DNA from: Rhodospirillaceae bacterium
GTDB lineage: Bacteria; Pseudomonadota; Alphaproteobacteria; Rhodospirillales; Rhodospirillaceae
Length of the DNA: 64,000 bases
Assembly: GCA_965262665.1 (NCBI GenBank)
Contig: CBDHFR010000003.1
Span: 90,811 to 154,810 of the forward strand
Direction: 5' to 3'
Below, piece after piece: positions 28,869 through 39,885 of the stretch. The translations under genes and the position numbers were made by a program. Within the stretch, counting starts at the first letter, position 1, and every line of letters starts with the position of its first letter. The notes below the pieces were generated by a model. The model saw nothing but the letters and a program-made list of their open reading frames with translations. It was not told where the DNA came from and did no database searches.

Positions 28869-30101
28869 TTACTCTACAGCCTGCTGGACTTTGTTTTCGC
28901 TATCGATTTTTGGATCACCAGTCGGCAGTCCAAAGATGTACTTACCGCTGCGCTGCATGCCTGCCTCCCAGTGAAGAGCAGAGTGCGTCGACATGGTACG
29001 CACATCGCGATAGAGGCGCTGCACCGGGTTGTGCCCGGTTAGTGCGCTCACTCCTATCATCCTTGATAAGCGATCGGCCGAAGCGTGAGCCAGCTTTCCG
29101 GCTGTCACCAAATCCCGATAAGCCTTGAGCCTGAATGGTCCGTCTACACCTTGGCCGTTCATGCCCCGCTCATGCAGCTGATTGCATAGAGTGTCGATTA
29201 ACAGGTCTGCTGTTTCCAGTTCAGCCAAGGACTCCGCCACGTGCACCTGAACGGCGGGTTGATCGATAATGGTTTCGCCCATCATCGCGCCGACGCGGGT
29301 CAAAGTTTGTTCAATATATTCATTGTAGGCCCCACGAGCTGCACCCAGGATCGGGCCAGCCAGCAATGTAATGAAGTAACTGTGAAACTCGACGCCGTAG
29401 AGATAGTAGTCGTGTAATTTTGCGCCCGGCGGATCATCTGCCATCACTTTGAGGTCGAGCGTTCGGTGATTGGGGATAAAAACGTTGTCGACCTTGATGT
29501 CTTTTGAACCGGTACCCTTGAGGCCCTCTGAATGCCAAGTATCGAGAATCTCAAAATCACCTTTCTTCAATACGATCCAAAGGTCGTTGAATGCCGCTTT
29601 TGAGTTGGGTAGCTTGGCACCGACAAGCATGGCGTCGGCATGATCAACACCGCTGGCAAACTTCCAGCGACCAGAAACACTGAAGCCGCCGTCCGTCGGC
29701 GTGGCTTGGCCACCGCCAGCGAATCCCGTTGAAATGATCGCATCCGGCCATTCGCCCCAAATCTCTTCTTGGCAATCCGGCTCAAAGCGGCCGAATAGGA
29801 AGGTGTGGGTAAAGACCACCGATGATACCCAGCCGGTCGATCCGCAGCCCTGTCCCAAAATGCGTGAAACATCCACGTGGGTGCCCCACGGCATTTCAAA
29901 ACCACTAAAGCGTTTCGGTATGAATAATTTATGGATACCAGCCTGGCGCAGGTCGGCGACCGTCTCGTCCGGCAACCGCCTGAGGTCATCAGTGGCTTGA
30001 GCCCGTTCTTTTAGAGCCGGCACCAAATCCCGGGCCAATTGGATAACCTCATCCCGGGTTGGGATGGTGCTGGGGCTGTTATCTGACTTAATCGCTGGCA
30101 T
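28869..30101 (-). CDS. Acyl-CoA-dehydrogenase-fold flavin-dependent monooxygenase (oxygenase component)
   Basis: 410 aa. The ACAD N/M/C layout (..ISTGFAGGGQATPTDGGFSVSGRWKFASG..) is typical of HpaH-C2/DszC-like enzymes. Confidence 0.65.
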   Translation of the reverse strand: MPAIKSDNSPSTIPTRDEVIQLARDLVPALKERAQATDDLRRLPDETVADLRQAGIHKLFIPKRFSGFEMPWGTHVDVSRILGQGCGSTGWVSSVVFTHTFLFGRFEPDCQEEIWGEWPDAIISTGFAGGGQATPTDGGFSVSGRWKFASGVDHADAMLVGAKLPNSKAAFNDLWIVLKKGDFEILDTWHSEGLKGTGSKDIKVDNVFIPNHRTLDLKVMADDPPGAKLHDYYLYGVEFHSYFITLLAGPILGAARGAYNEYIEQTLTRVGAMMGETIIDQPAVQVHVAESLAELETADLLIDTLCNQLHERGMNGQGVDGPFRLKAYRDLVTAGKLAHASADRLSRMIGVSALTGHNPVQRLYRDVRTMSTHSALHWEAGMQRSGKYIFGLPTGDPKIDSENKVQQAVE

Positions 30102-30234
30102 GACAAATTTCCTTCAGCGTCACACACCGTATTCCGCTAACTTAGGGACGATGCGTAGGTGCTGTCTGATTCATTTTTATTTTAATCCACGGATTGGTCA
30201 TCGATTAATCGTCCAACGTTACTGAAAGCCACCC

Positions 30235-31044
30235 ATGCCGAGTTCACACACAAACATTCAACGCGGGTATGCCGATATTTCATCCGGTCAGATTCACTAC
30301 CGGCTGATTGAAACGAACAGCGATCGCCGGCCCGTATTGCTGCTTCACCCCAGCCCACTGTCGAGCATCGTGTGGGACGGGTTTATGACGGCGCTGAGTC
30401 GCGACCGAACAGTGGTTGCTCCGGACACCCCAGGTTTTGGCGAATCGTCGCCGCCAGTCTCCGAACCGGAAATCGCTGACTATGCGACCGCGATGGCAGA
30501 TCTTCTCTCTGTTCTTAAACTAGGCTCGATTGATGTCATGGGCTATCACACTGGGTCACTGACCGCGGTGGAACTCGCGAGACTTAAGCCTGACTTGGTC
30601 CACAGCATCGTGATGATTTCCGCGACCATTTTCACCGATGAAGAACGGGATGGTTTTCGCGCCCAGTACACGCCCAAGACTTTGGATCAAAAAGGCGAAG
30701 CATTGGCCGAAACCTGGTCCTTCATGAAAACGTTTTGGCGCGACGAACCGGAACCGGACCGGCGGTGGGACATCTTTTTAGAAGGTCAGCGCCATCACAC
30801 CTATTCCCATTGGGGACATCAAGCCGCGTTCAACTACGATCTCAGTGCCGCTCTGAGCCAATCGTTAAAACCAATTTTTATTTTGAATCCGGAAGATGAC
30901 CTGTGGGACTACACGCCACGCGCGGCCGGACTTTTACATAACGGCCGGGTGCATGATCTGCCGGGTTGGACCCACGGTTTTCTCGATGCCCATAGCGATG
31001 AAGTCGCGGACCTGGTGCGCAATTTCCTCGACCACAAGTCATAG
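30235..31044 (+). CDS. Alpha/beta-fold hydrolase
   Basis: 269 aa. It has LLLHPSPLSS and the nucleophile elbow GYHTGS. It resembles the hydrolase at 28021-28857. Confidence 0.75.
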   Translation: MPSSHTNIQRGYADISSGQIHYRLIETNSDRRPVLLLHPSPLSSIVWDGFMTALSRDRTVVAPDTPGFGESSPPVSEPEIADYATAMADLLSVLKLGSIDVMGYHTGSLTAVELARLKPDLVHSIVMISATIFTDEERDGFRAQYTPKTLDQKGEALAETWSFMKTFWRDEPEPDRRWDIFLEGQRHHTYSHWGHQAAFNYDLSAALSQSLKPIFILNPEDDLWDYTPRAAGLLHNGRVHDLPGWTHGFLDAHSDEVADLVRNFLDHKS

Positions 31045-31053
31045 GGACACGCC

Positions 31054-31746
31054 ATGAAACACCGCAGTTATCAGGGCAAGGTGCTTTATTTGACCGACGG
31101 CCAAGGTGAGATGGGACGTGAAATGTTTTACGTCACCATCCAGCCCGACGGCACCCGGACCATGCGCGTCACCTGTGAAATGGATGACGACCGCTTGCTC
31201 CGCGATGCGATCCTTACGGTTGATGGCGATTGGTATCCCGTTGATGCCTTTGTCCGCTTGACCATTAAGGAAAAACTTGTTGGCAGCACCTGGTACACTT
31301 TCACAGATCGCACCGCGGAATGTCAGGGTTTCACGGCCGAGGACGGCCGGTTTGAACAGCGTTTCGAAGCCGACAAACCTATCGGATTTTTTGGCGCCCA
31401 TCCGGTACATGGTGATGCCTGGGGCCTGGCGCCATGGAAACGGGACAAGGATAAGGATCCCAGTGAATTAGGCCCGGTGTTTTCCACGTCTCACATGCCG
31501 AACGGTGGATCAGGGCCAATACTGGAGCAATCGGATCACTCCTTCACACGCCATAATTACATTGGACCCGAGGATATAACCGTCCCGGCAGGCACCTTCC
31601 AAACGGAACACTTCCAGTTTTTGGTCAAAGATTATCCCCCCATTGATATTTGGGCTATCGGTGAGGATTGCGTCCCTGCCCGATTGCGCTGGGATTTGCT
31701 TAATCAAACCTATGAACTGGTCGAATTAAGCGGCGACGTCCGGTAG
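31054..31746 (+). CDS. Hypothetical protein
   Basis: 230 aa, tightly packed after the hydrolase with a 9-nt gap. No motif was recognised. Confidence 0.45.
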   Translation: MKHRSYQGKVLYLTDGQGEMGREMFYVTIQPDGTRTMRVTCEMDDDRLLRDAILTVDGDWYPVDAFVRLTIKEKLVGSTWYTFTDRTAECQGFTAEDGRFEQRFEADKPIGFFGAHPVHGDAWGLAPWKRDKDKDPSELGPVFSTSHMPNGGSGPILEQSDHSFTRHNYIGPEDITVPAGTFQTEHFQFLVKDYPPIDIWAIGEDCVPARLRWDLLNQTYELVELSGDVR

Positions 31747-31851
31747 GTAAGCTTTTTGGTTCCATCGCCTTTATCGTAGGGCCTGAAAAGGCAAGAATAC
31801 GCGAGACGGTCGCCACGCTCGGCGCTTGATTCAACGCTGGAGACACAGCCA

Positions 31852-33010
31852 ATGCATCACCGCCAAACATTGCACGACATGCTGCCGGCCGTGGCTCACG
31901 ATGAAAACGCCCGGCAAGATTTCGTCCTCAACTTTCGCCAACATCTAGCACGCGAAGTGAATCCCGGTACAACCGTTGCCTACGAAAAGCGGGTCGAGCC
32001 CGCATTCGTGAAGGAACACGGGCGTAAACCCGAAAATTCTGACGAAGTGCGCAAAGTTTTGACCCAGGATCCGTACTATCAGCTGTGGAGCGCCATGCAG
32101 CGCAACAGCCAAATGATGATGTGGGATTCAGTCATCGACAGTGTGGAACGCACCTTGCCGGACATGATCAGCAAAGCACGGGGTTCGAACGGGCCATCGA
32201 CCGTTCGCCTTGCCGATGACACCTTTGAGGTGCCCCGTTATCACACCTCTTATGACATTCACTTGCAACCAGGCGGTTACCACACCGACAGCACGGAAGA
32301 AGACATCTCAGCCGGGATGGTCTACGACGCTGCGGTGCCCATTTATGCCATGGGCATGATGGGTCCGGAGAACGACGCGACGGGCGAAACCATCGTCAAT
32401 TTCTACAAAACGGTCTACGGCGACCGCTCACCTGAGCGCGTGTTGGATCTGGGCTGCGCCATTGACAATTCCACGGTGCCATGGGCGAAATCCTATCCAG
32501 ATGCGGCGGTGCACGGCATCGACGTGGCCGCTCCGTGTCTGCGCTACGGCCAGGCCCGCGCCAATGCTATGGGACAGACCATACACCTCAGTCAGCAGAA
32601 TGCGGAGCAGACCTATTTCCCCGACAATCACTTCGACGTTGTTGGATCGGCGTTGCTTTTTTCATGAGACATCGCGGCTGGCTGTGATCAACATCATGAA
32701 GGAGATTCACCGCATACTGAAACCAGGCGGCGTGATGATTCACATGGACGCCTTCAAACAAGACGATCCAAGCGAACCCATTCAGGAATTTCTCTGGACA
32801 TGGGAAGTGTTCAACAACAATGAGTATTTTCTCAAACAGTTGAGGCTTATCGATATCATCGTTGAAATGGTCGATTGTGGGTTCGACCGGGACAAATGTG
32901 CCTTCCGCAAGACACCGTTCATCACAAAAGTTCATGCGACCGAAGAGGGTACTAAAGGGTACATGGGCGGTGGGTTCCGGGACGTCTCGGTCCTGGTCGC
33001 AGAAAAATAA
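31852..33010 (+). pseudogene. SAM-dependent methyltransferase (paralogue of 39886..40977), frameshifted in a T6 run
   Basis: ..VLDLGCAIDN...HFDVVGSALLF then stops. Deleting one T from the T6 run at 32657-32662 continues HETSRLAVINIMKEIHRILKPGGVMIHMD. Confidence 0.7.
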
Positions 33011-33026
33011 CCAAAGGACTCAGACA

Positions 33027-34085
33027 ATGCCGGTCATCGACGCCGATACCCACGTCATCGAATGCGAGCAGACCTGGGCCTATATGGATCGGGCCGATGA
33101 GGCGTTACAGCCGAAAATCGTCACCTCGGAAGTTCCGGTCACCCATAAACGGGAGTCTCCCATGGCCGGGCACAGCTTCTGGCTGGTGGATGGGCGCATG
33201 TATATGAAGGGCGGCCAAAAAGCAGCGCGTTATCCGGATGGCACCCGCGACTTGATGGACCCCGATGCCCGCATTGCCCATATGGATGAGCTGGGCGTGG
33301 ACACCCAGGTGCTTATTCCCAGCTTTTTCTTAGGCTCCATTATTGACCATGCCGATACGGAACTGGCGCTGGCTAAAAGTTACAATCGTTGGATGGCGGA
33401 TATTTGTGGCAGCCGGCAGTCACGATTGCGCTGGTTGGTGGTGCCGTCCCTAAAAAATATCGACGCGTCCTGCGCCATGATGGAGGAGGGACAAAAGAAC
33501 GGTGCCGTCGGCGTGATGATGCGCGGCTACGAAGGCAACATCACCATCGATGACCCCTCCTTTAATCCGATTTATCGCAAGGCCGCCGATCTCGACATGG
33601 CGATCGCATTGCACATCGGCAATGGCAGTCCTAGCTTTGACGAAGTGCGCAACACCTCAGGCAAAAAGGGCAACATTGTCGCCTTTATTATGCCCATGGT
33701 TGTGGCCTTCAACGCTTTGATGATGAGCGAAATCCCGCGAAAATATCCCAACTTGCGTTTCGGGTTTCTCGAAGGCGGGTCCATGTGGCTTCCCTTTGTG
33801 CTTAACAAAGCCGACCGTTTTGCCGACACCTATGGCCTCAAACGCACGACAGAGAATGCCCTGGCGGACTCTCGTTTTTATGTCACTTGCGAAGCCCATG
33901 AGGATTTGCCGGAAATCCTCAAGTGGGCGGGCGAATCTAGCCTGGTGGTCGGCACCGACTACGGCCACGCCGATACCTCGACGGAATTGGAAGCGCACCG
34001 GTTGATCATGGAGCGCAACGACCTCCCCGCCGGTGCGGCGCAGCGCATGGTCGATGATAATGCCCGGACGCTTTACGGTTTATAG
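33027..34085 (+). CDS. Amidohydrolase-2 (ACMSD-like, metal-dependent TIM-barrel hydrolase) family
   Basis: It starts at MPVIDADTHVIECEQTW (ATG 33027). Other features are ..HMDELGVDTQVL.. and a C-terminal ..VGTDYGHAD... Confidence 0.8.
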   Translation: MPVIDADTHVIECEQTWAYMDRADEALQPKIVTSEVPVTHKRESPMAGHSFWLVDGRMYMKGGQKAARYPDGTRDLMDPDARIAHMDELGVDTQVLIPSFFLGSIIDHADTELALAKSYNRWMADICGSRQSRLRWLVVPSLKNIDASCAMMEEGQKNGAVGVMMRGYEGNITIDDPSFNPIYRKAADLDMAIALHIGNGSPSFDEVRNTSGKKGNIVAFIMPMVVAFNALMMSEIPRKYPNLRFGFLEGGSMWLPFVLNKADRFADTYGLKRTTENALADSRFYVTCEAHEDLPEILKWAGESSLVVGTDYGHADTSTELEAHRLIMERNDLPAGAAQRMVDDNARTLYGL

Positions 34086-34162
34086 GTTGCGGGCAAGACA
34101 GACTTGTCCATCACGGCCGTAAGGCATCGAGTTGTGCCTAATCTAGTCGGAAGGATTTTTCG

Positions 34163-35221
34163 GTGCCCATAATTGACGCCGATACCCACGTCATCGAATG
34201 CGAACAGACCTGGACTTATATGGATAAGGTTGATGAAGATTTGCGGTCGAAAATCGTAACAACCAGCGCACCGGTGAAGCATTTAGGCGAATCACCCATG
34301 GCCGGACAGAATTTTTGGCTGGTGGACGGCCGCATGTACATTATCGGTGGCCAAAAAGCGGAATGTTATCCGGTGGGTACACGCGATGTCGGTGATCCGG
34401 ACGCGCGGATTGCTCATATGGATGAACTCGGAATTGATACCCAAGTTTTGATTCCAAGTTTTTTCTTGGGCTCGATCATCGGCCGAGCAGACACCGAACT
34501 CGCCCTCGCCAAAAGCTACAACCGTTGGATGGCGGATGTCTGCGTAAGCCGGCAAGCACGATTGCGTTGGTTGGTCGTGCCGTCACTGAAAAACATCGAT
34601 GCAACATGTCTCATGATGGAAGAAGGCCGCAAGAACGGTGCCGTTGAGCTCGTGATGCGCGGCTATGAAGGCAACGTCACCGTCGATGATCCCCGTTTTC
34701 AACCCCTTTACGCCAAGGCCGCGGACCTGGATATGGCCATTATCCTGCACATCGGTAACGGCAGCCCCAGTTTCGACGAGGTGCGTAGTTCATCGGGCAA
34801 GATGGGTAACATCATCGCCTTCATCATGCCCATGGTGGTGGCCTTCAACGCGCTAATGATGAGCGATATTCCAAAGAAATATAAATCTCTACGTTTTGGC
34901 TTTATGGAAGGCGGGTCCATGTGGCTGCCTTTCGTGCTCAACAAGGCTGATCGCTTTGCCGAGACCTATGACCTCAAACGCACCACCGACAATGCCTTGG
35001 CGGACTCTCGTCTATATGTATCCTGCGAGGTCCATGAGAATTTGCCCGATATCTTGAAATGGACGGGTGATGGCAATTTGGTTGTTGGGACCGATTACGG
35101 CCATGCAGATGAATCCATGGAACTCGAGGCACACCGGTTGATTTTGGAACGTGATGACTTACCAGCTGGTGCAGCTCAACGCATGGTCGACGACAATGCA
35201 CAAGCCCTTTACGCTCTATAG
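34163..35221 (+). CDS. Amidohydrolase-2 family, tandem paralogue
   Basis: 352 aa, colinear with the upstream copy and about 80% identical by eye (MPIIDADTHVIECEQTWTYMD...). Confidence 0.8.
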   Translation: MPIIDADTHVIECEQTWTYMDKVDEDLRSKIVTTSAPVKHLGESPMAGQNFWLVDGRMYIIGGQKAECYPVGTRDVGDPDARIAHMDELGIDTQVLIPSFFLGSIIGRADTELALAKSYNRWMADVCVSRQARLRWLVVPSLKNIDATCLMMEEGRKNGAVELVMRGYEGNVTVDDPRFQPLYAKAADLDMAIILHIGNGSPSFDEVRSSSGKMGNIIAFIMPMVVAFNALMMSDIPKKYKSLRFGFMEGGSMWLPFVLNKADRFAETYDLKRTTDNALADSRLYVSCEVHENLPDILKWTGDGNLVVGTDYGHADESMELEAHRLILERDDLPAGAAQRMVDDNAQALYAL

Positions 35222-35404
35222 GATGTCCATGTGACTGATCACCCAGTGATCGTCAACACCGCGAACCCAACCGTTGCGGTCGAACCACAGCCCATTACCA
35301 ATCACAGATATGACTGCAAAGAGTGCTCCCGGATTACTGCAACAGGCTGAAGTCGCTTGGCGCAACGGCGATTACATTGCCTCTACGACTGCCCTCGCCG
35401 CTAA

Positions 35405-36310
35405 GAGGCCGTTTCGAAAGGGGTTGAGTGGCCGGTGTCGATGTGATTCCAGGAAGGTTGCTGAAACCGATCTGGAGCCGCCATGTGGACGCCGACCACC
35501 CGAGAGCAGCATAGCCGCAAGGCGCTGCGTTATCAGACTGATTTGACCGATGCGGAGTGGGTTGTGATCGAGCCTCATTTGCCTCCGGCTCATGGCACGG
35601 GACGGCCCCGGTCATGGCCGATGCGAGAGATCGTCAACGGCATTTTCTACGTGATGCGGGCTGGCTGCCCTTGGCGCTTGCTGCCAAGCGATTTACCACC
35701 GTGGGGCACGATCTATCGCTGGTTCGCTAAGTTCCGCGACGACGGCCTCCTTGAGAAGATCAACCACTTTCTGGTCATGGCCGATCGCGAGCGGGTCGGA
35801 CGCGAGGCCAGCCCGAGCGGCGCGATTATCGACAGCCAGAGCGTCAAGACGACCGAGGCTGGTGGCCCCCGCGGCTACGATGCGGGCAAGAAGATCAAGG
35901 GGCGCAAGCGCCACGCGCTGGTCGACACCGACGGGCGCGGCCTCGTGCTCGAGGCGCATCCGGCGAGTATCCAGGACCGCGATGGTGGCGGGCCGCTGCT
36001 GTGCGCCTCACGCGGCTCGTTTCCGTTCATCGAGAAGGTCTTTGCCGACAGCGGCTACGCCGGCGAGAAGGCGCCACGGCCACCGTGATCGCCGTCGAGA
36101 TCGTGCGCAAAAGCCCCGATCAGGTCGGCTTCGCCGTCCAACCGCGCCGCTGGGTCGTGGAGCGCTTCTTCGCCTGGATCAACCGCAACCGGCGACTGGC
36201 AAAGGACTTCGAGGCCACCATCGCCTCGGCCCGCGCCTTCCTCTACGCCGCCTCCGTCATGCTCCTCGTCCGCAGATTGGCCCGAGCCGCATGACTTTCG
36301 AAACCGACTC
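35405..36310 (+). mobile_element. IS5-family (IS427-like) element, copy 1, 906 bp
   Basis: IRs are GAGGCCGTTTCGAAAGG and CTTTCGAAACCGACTC. It is flanked by a TAA direct repeat (35402-35404 and 36311-36313). It is near-identical to 58831-59737. Confidence 0.85.
35483..36294 (+). pseudogene. IS5 transposase, frameshifted (1-nt deletion relative to copy 2)
   Basis: Copy 2 reads GAGAAGGTCGCCACGG while copy 1 reads GAGAAGGCGCCACGG. This splits the ORF into 35483..36088 and 36001..36294. Confidence 0.85.
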
Positions 36311-37335
36311 TAAGGCTGGGACCGAACCCAATTTCGTCACGGAATCCGCTTTTGACCCGAACGCCTTACCACCGGACGTCACCAGCGAACCGCTGTATTG
36401 GCAGGGCGAACCGTTGCCTTCTCATTTGGTGCGGTTCGAAGAGGGCATCGCCATATTCGATATCGGTGTACCGATGACACAGGACGGCACCTTTATGTCG
36501 CCTGCGTTCTGTCATCTCAAATATCCCGAACGGTATTTTCACCTGTTCGGCACGGATTCAGGTAGCGCGCTCAAAACAGCGGCACAGTCCGATCGCTTTA
36601 TATCCGATGCGTATGTCACGCTCGTCCGGCCGCCTTATTATCACTGGCTACTGGACACCCTGCCCCATTTGTACGGTGCCTCCCGGCTAGGGCACCTGGG
36701 CGAAATCAAACTCATTGCGCCAAGGTCCCAGCCTTTTGAACCCTGGCAAAAAGCGCTGTTGGAAAAAGCAGCTGGAGTGTTTGGCATACCCAATCTGTCT
36801 TATCTGCCCCTCGACGGCACGGCCGTTGGCGTCCGGCCCGCATACAGTCAGACCCGACTGCCGGTTCGTGACCGTCTTCCAATCGTGCGCAGCATCGCAC
36901 CAAATATCAAAGGCCTGGATTCACCGCTGTATCTTTATAGCCGACGCAGCCCAACGGACTCTCGACAGCTCCACAATGAAGACGCGGTGATCGCTGCTTT
37001 GGGCGAGCGTTTTACGGTTATTAACCCTAGGCAGCTGGATCTGGACACCCAGATGTCTGTCTTTGCTCAAGTCCGATGTGTTGTCGGTGTACACGGGTCA
37101 AACCTAGCAAACATCGCTTTCTACCGACCGGGAACAGCTGTGGTGGAAATAGCAGCCGGTTTACCGCAGCCGCATTTCGAGACACTTGCAGAAGCGGCGG
37201 ACCTATCCTTCAGGCGCGTGACAGCAGATGCCGTGGACGCCAGCGAGTCACAGAAGACTTGGACCCAAGCCCGTGGTGATCTCACCGTTAATCCGAAAGC
37301 GGTTACCGACACCGTCGATGCGGCATTGAGCTCCT

Positions 37336-38256
37336 CTACCAGCCCATAAAGTAGTAGGTCAGCACTCTGCTTACATTGTTTTCGATGTTGGTGTCATACC
37401 AGCGGAGATGGGAATACTCCGGCATACGCACCTTGCCGGGTATTTCAAAAACGGATGTGCCACCGTCGAACTCCGCTTTAACTTTGGCCATCAATTTCTC
37501 GACATAGTCGCGTCGTTCCGTCACGGCAGAGCGATGGGCCAGCGGACCGGCGTGCCCGGGAATCATCATCTCCCAATCCTCCATGGCTTCCAATTCACGC
37601 AATGTCCGAACCCAATGATGCAATGAGTTGTCGGCAAAGCCGGCTAACGGAATGGCACCGGGTACAACAATGTCGACGATAAACATGATATTGCCCGGAT
37701 CGGGCCGCATCACCACCAAGCAGTCGCCATGATTGGGCCCGAAGTACAGTAGGTCGAGGCGCCGCCCGCCCAACTCGATGGTGTAGTTACCGGAAAATGT
37801 GATGTCGGGCATGACGATGTCAGGATTAGGCAGGTCTTCGAAATGCGCGGCGCAGTTTTCATGGGAAATGAAGGTTGCCCCTTCGTCCTTGAAAATTTGA
37901 CCACCGGGCACGTGATCCCAATGCTCGTGGGAATAAACAACAAACTTCACTGGCTGATCAGTGACTTTGGCAATTTCCGCCCGATAGACTTTGGCTGCCT
38001 CCGGACTGATGGGATCGGTGGCAATGACTCCGTCATCGGTAACGAGAAAAATGTTGCGGACATAGCCATACCGGAAGGAATAGAGCCCTGGGGCAATTTC
38101 TTCCGTGTCGTAGCCGTTCAGATTGAACACGTTCCATGTGGGATTGGGCGCGGGTTTTAACAACTCTTCCCGTGTCGGCGAGTCCTGGGCCATCCCTTGG
38201 TCGGCCACCACTGAAAGGATAGCGGCTGCGATTATGGTCCTCATGGGGGTGTTCAT
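37336..38256 (-). CDS. Secreted MBL-fold metallo-hydrolase
   Basis: It has a signal peptide (..VADQGMAQD) and the HxHxDH motif VYSHEHWDHV. Confidence 0.8.
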   Translation of the reverse strand: MNTPMRTIIAAAILSVVADQGMAQDSPTREELLKPAPNPTWNVFNLNGYDTEEIAPGLYSFRYGYVRNIFLVTDDGVIATDPISPEAAKVYRAEIAKVTDQPVKFVVYSHEHWDHVPGGQIFKDEGATFISHENCAAHFEDLPNPDIVMPDITFSGNYTIELGGRRLDLLYFGPNHGDCLVVMRPDPGNIMFIVDIVVPGAIPLAGFADNSLHHWVRTLRELEAMEDWEMMIPGHAGPLAHRSAVTERRDYVEKLMAKVKAEFDGGTSVFEIPGKVRMPEYSHLRWYDTNIENNVSRVLTYYFMGW

Positions 38257-38313
38257 GGCATTGCTCTCTCTCTTACAGTGTCCGTCCTGCGTCTACGGTC
38301 AGGAGTAAAGAGT

Positions 38314-39852
38314 ATGCGGCAATGGGGCCGTCCGTCTGTAATAAAGCGTGCAACCCGCCGCCTTTTGGTCGCGATGATGTGCGGCACCTTGGGCTTCGGG
38401 TTGGCGCTCCCTGGACCAAGTTTCGCGGATAGCCATGAGACAACCATTCGCTTGGCCCTCGGCGGGCTACCAACACGGCGCGGCAATCCTTTCCGCACCT
38501 CTCAGACACCGACGAGCACCGTTGTTTCAGCCATATATGACTCCCTCACTTGGCTTGAATCCGATGGCTCCGTGATCCCATGGCTGGCGACGGAATGGCG
38601 CAACCTTGACGATCTCACCTGGGAGTTCACCTTGCGCGATGACGTGACCTTCTCCAATGGCGCACCGTTCAATGCGGAGACGGTGGAGTTCATGGTCAAG
38701 TACATCGCCGGTGACGGACCGCCGACGGAAGACCTGCGCCGGGAACTGGAACCTCTGGCCGATGCCCGTGCCACCGGGCCATATACCGTCGAGATCACCA
38801 CCAAGCGGTCGATGCCGTTGTTCCCGCGTTTAGCGTCGATCATGCCCATGGTTGATCCCGAGGCCTGGCAGACAATGGGGGCCCAGGCTTATGCGGAACA
38901 ACCCATCGGCACCGGGCCTTTTATTTTGCAGGAATGGACACCGAGTTCCGCGTCCCTGTCCGCCTATAAAGAGTCTTGGCGGCCGCCAAAAGCAGATCAT
39001 TTGGAACTTCTGGCCATCGCCGATCAGACCGCACGCATACAGGCTTTTCAGTCGGACCGCATTGATATCGCCCTTGGCGTGAGTCCAGACCAATTCGACT
39101 TCATCCGCGACTCAGGTGGCACCGTTGCCGACTGGCAGGATGGCTCGGTCATCAGTGTGTTGATTCGCACCGATCAGGACAACCCGTTGGCCGATGCCCG
39201 CGTGCGCCAGGCACTGAACATGGCCGTTGACAAGCAGTCTATTGTCGACGTGCTGATGGACGGACGGACGGTTGTGGCCAGTCAACCGGCGACAAGAACG
39301 GCATTCGGTTTTGATCCTTCACTGGAGCCTTACCCCTACGACCCGGAGGCTGCCCGCGCGCTGTTGGCCGAAGCGGGCTATCCGGACGGATTCTCTTTCA
39401 CGCTTGAGGTTGGCATTGGGAATGCGCTGGTTCAACGGGTCGCAGACGACCTCAGCCGCATCGGTGTGACCATGGAAATCGAGCTACGCCCGATCATGGC
39501 GTTCCTCAGCGACTTTACCGGAGGGCGGTTGTCACGCGACGGCTTCATGTTGAGCTGGACGGCAACACCGGTGCTGGATGCAACGCAAGCGGTGGCGCTC
39601 CATTCCTGTCTCAAGCCGCGTCCCTGGTATTGTGATCAAAGCATTATGCCGACCGTCATGGCGGCTATGAGCGAGTGGGATACGGAGCGGGCTGTAGATT
39701 TACGGCACCAAGTGATGCGCTATTACCGCGACCAAGTGCCTGGTATTTTTTTATACGAATCCGTCGGTTTTGCCGCACTCAGCAGCCGTTTATCAGGATT
39801 CAAGTACACCTACGGTAAAGTGTTGTACGATCGGATTAGCATTGCGGACTGA
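38314..39852 (+). CDS. ABC-transporter substrate-binding protein, family 5 (peptide/nickel/opine type)
   Basis: ATG 38314 follows AGGAG. It has a signal peptide ..LPGPSFA, and its length and pattern fit the SBP_bac_5 family. No permease or ATPase genes are adjacent. Confidence 0.8.
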   Translation: MRQWGRPSVIKRATRRLLVAMMCGTLGFGLALPGPSFADSHETTIRLALGGLPTRRGNPFRTSQTPTSTVVSAIYDSLTWLESDGSVIPWLATEWRNLDDLTWEFTLRDDVTFSNGAPFNAETVEFMVKYIAGDGPPTEDLRRELEPLADARATGPYTVEITTKRSMPLFPRLASIMPMVDPEAWQTMGAQAYAEQPIGTGPFILQEWTPSSASLSAYKESWRPPKADHLELLAIADQTARIQAFQSDRIDIALGVSPDQFDFIRDSGGTVADWQDGSVISVLIRTDQDNPLADARVRQALNMAVDKQSIVDVLMDGRTVVASQPATRTAFGFDPSLEPYPYDPEAARALLAEAGYPDGFSFTLEVGIGNALVQRVADDLSRIGVTMEIELRPIMAFLSDFTGGRLSRDGFMLSWTATPVLDATQAVALHSCLKPRPWYCDQSIMPTVMAAMSEWDTERAVDLRHQVMRYYRDQVPGIFLYESVGFAALSSRLSGFKYTYGKVLYDRISIAD

Positions 39853-39885
39853 GACCAGCGTAACTGTACGCCAAGGAGACAACCC

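Larger units (their letters stand above)
35310..37349 (+). pseudogene. GT61/DUF563-type glycosyltransferase split by IS5 insertion
   Basis: The 5' part 35310-35404 (MTAKSAPGLLQQAEVAWRNGDYIASTTALAAK) joins in frame to 36314-> (AGTEPNFVTES...) once the IS and one TAA copy are removed. Motifs YYHWLLDTLPHLY and VVGVHGSNLANIAF are present. Confidence 0.75.

Noticed and set aside
35751-37349. A 532-aa ORF in the track that looks like one large gene.
   Set aside because: It is chimeric. Its first ~185 codons are an alternative-frame read-through of the IS5 element. Only the part from 36314 onward belongs to the glycosyltransferase.
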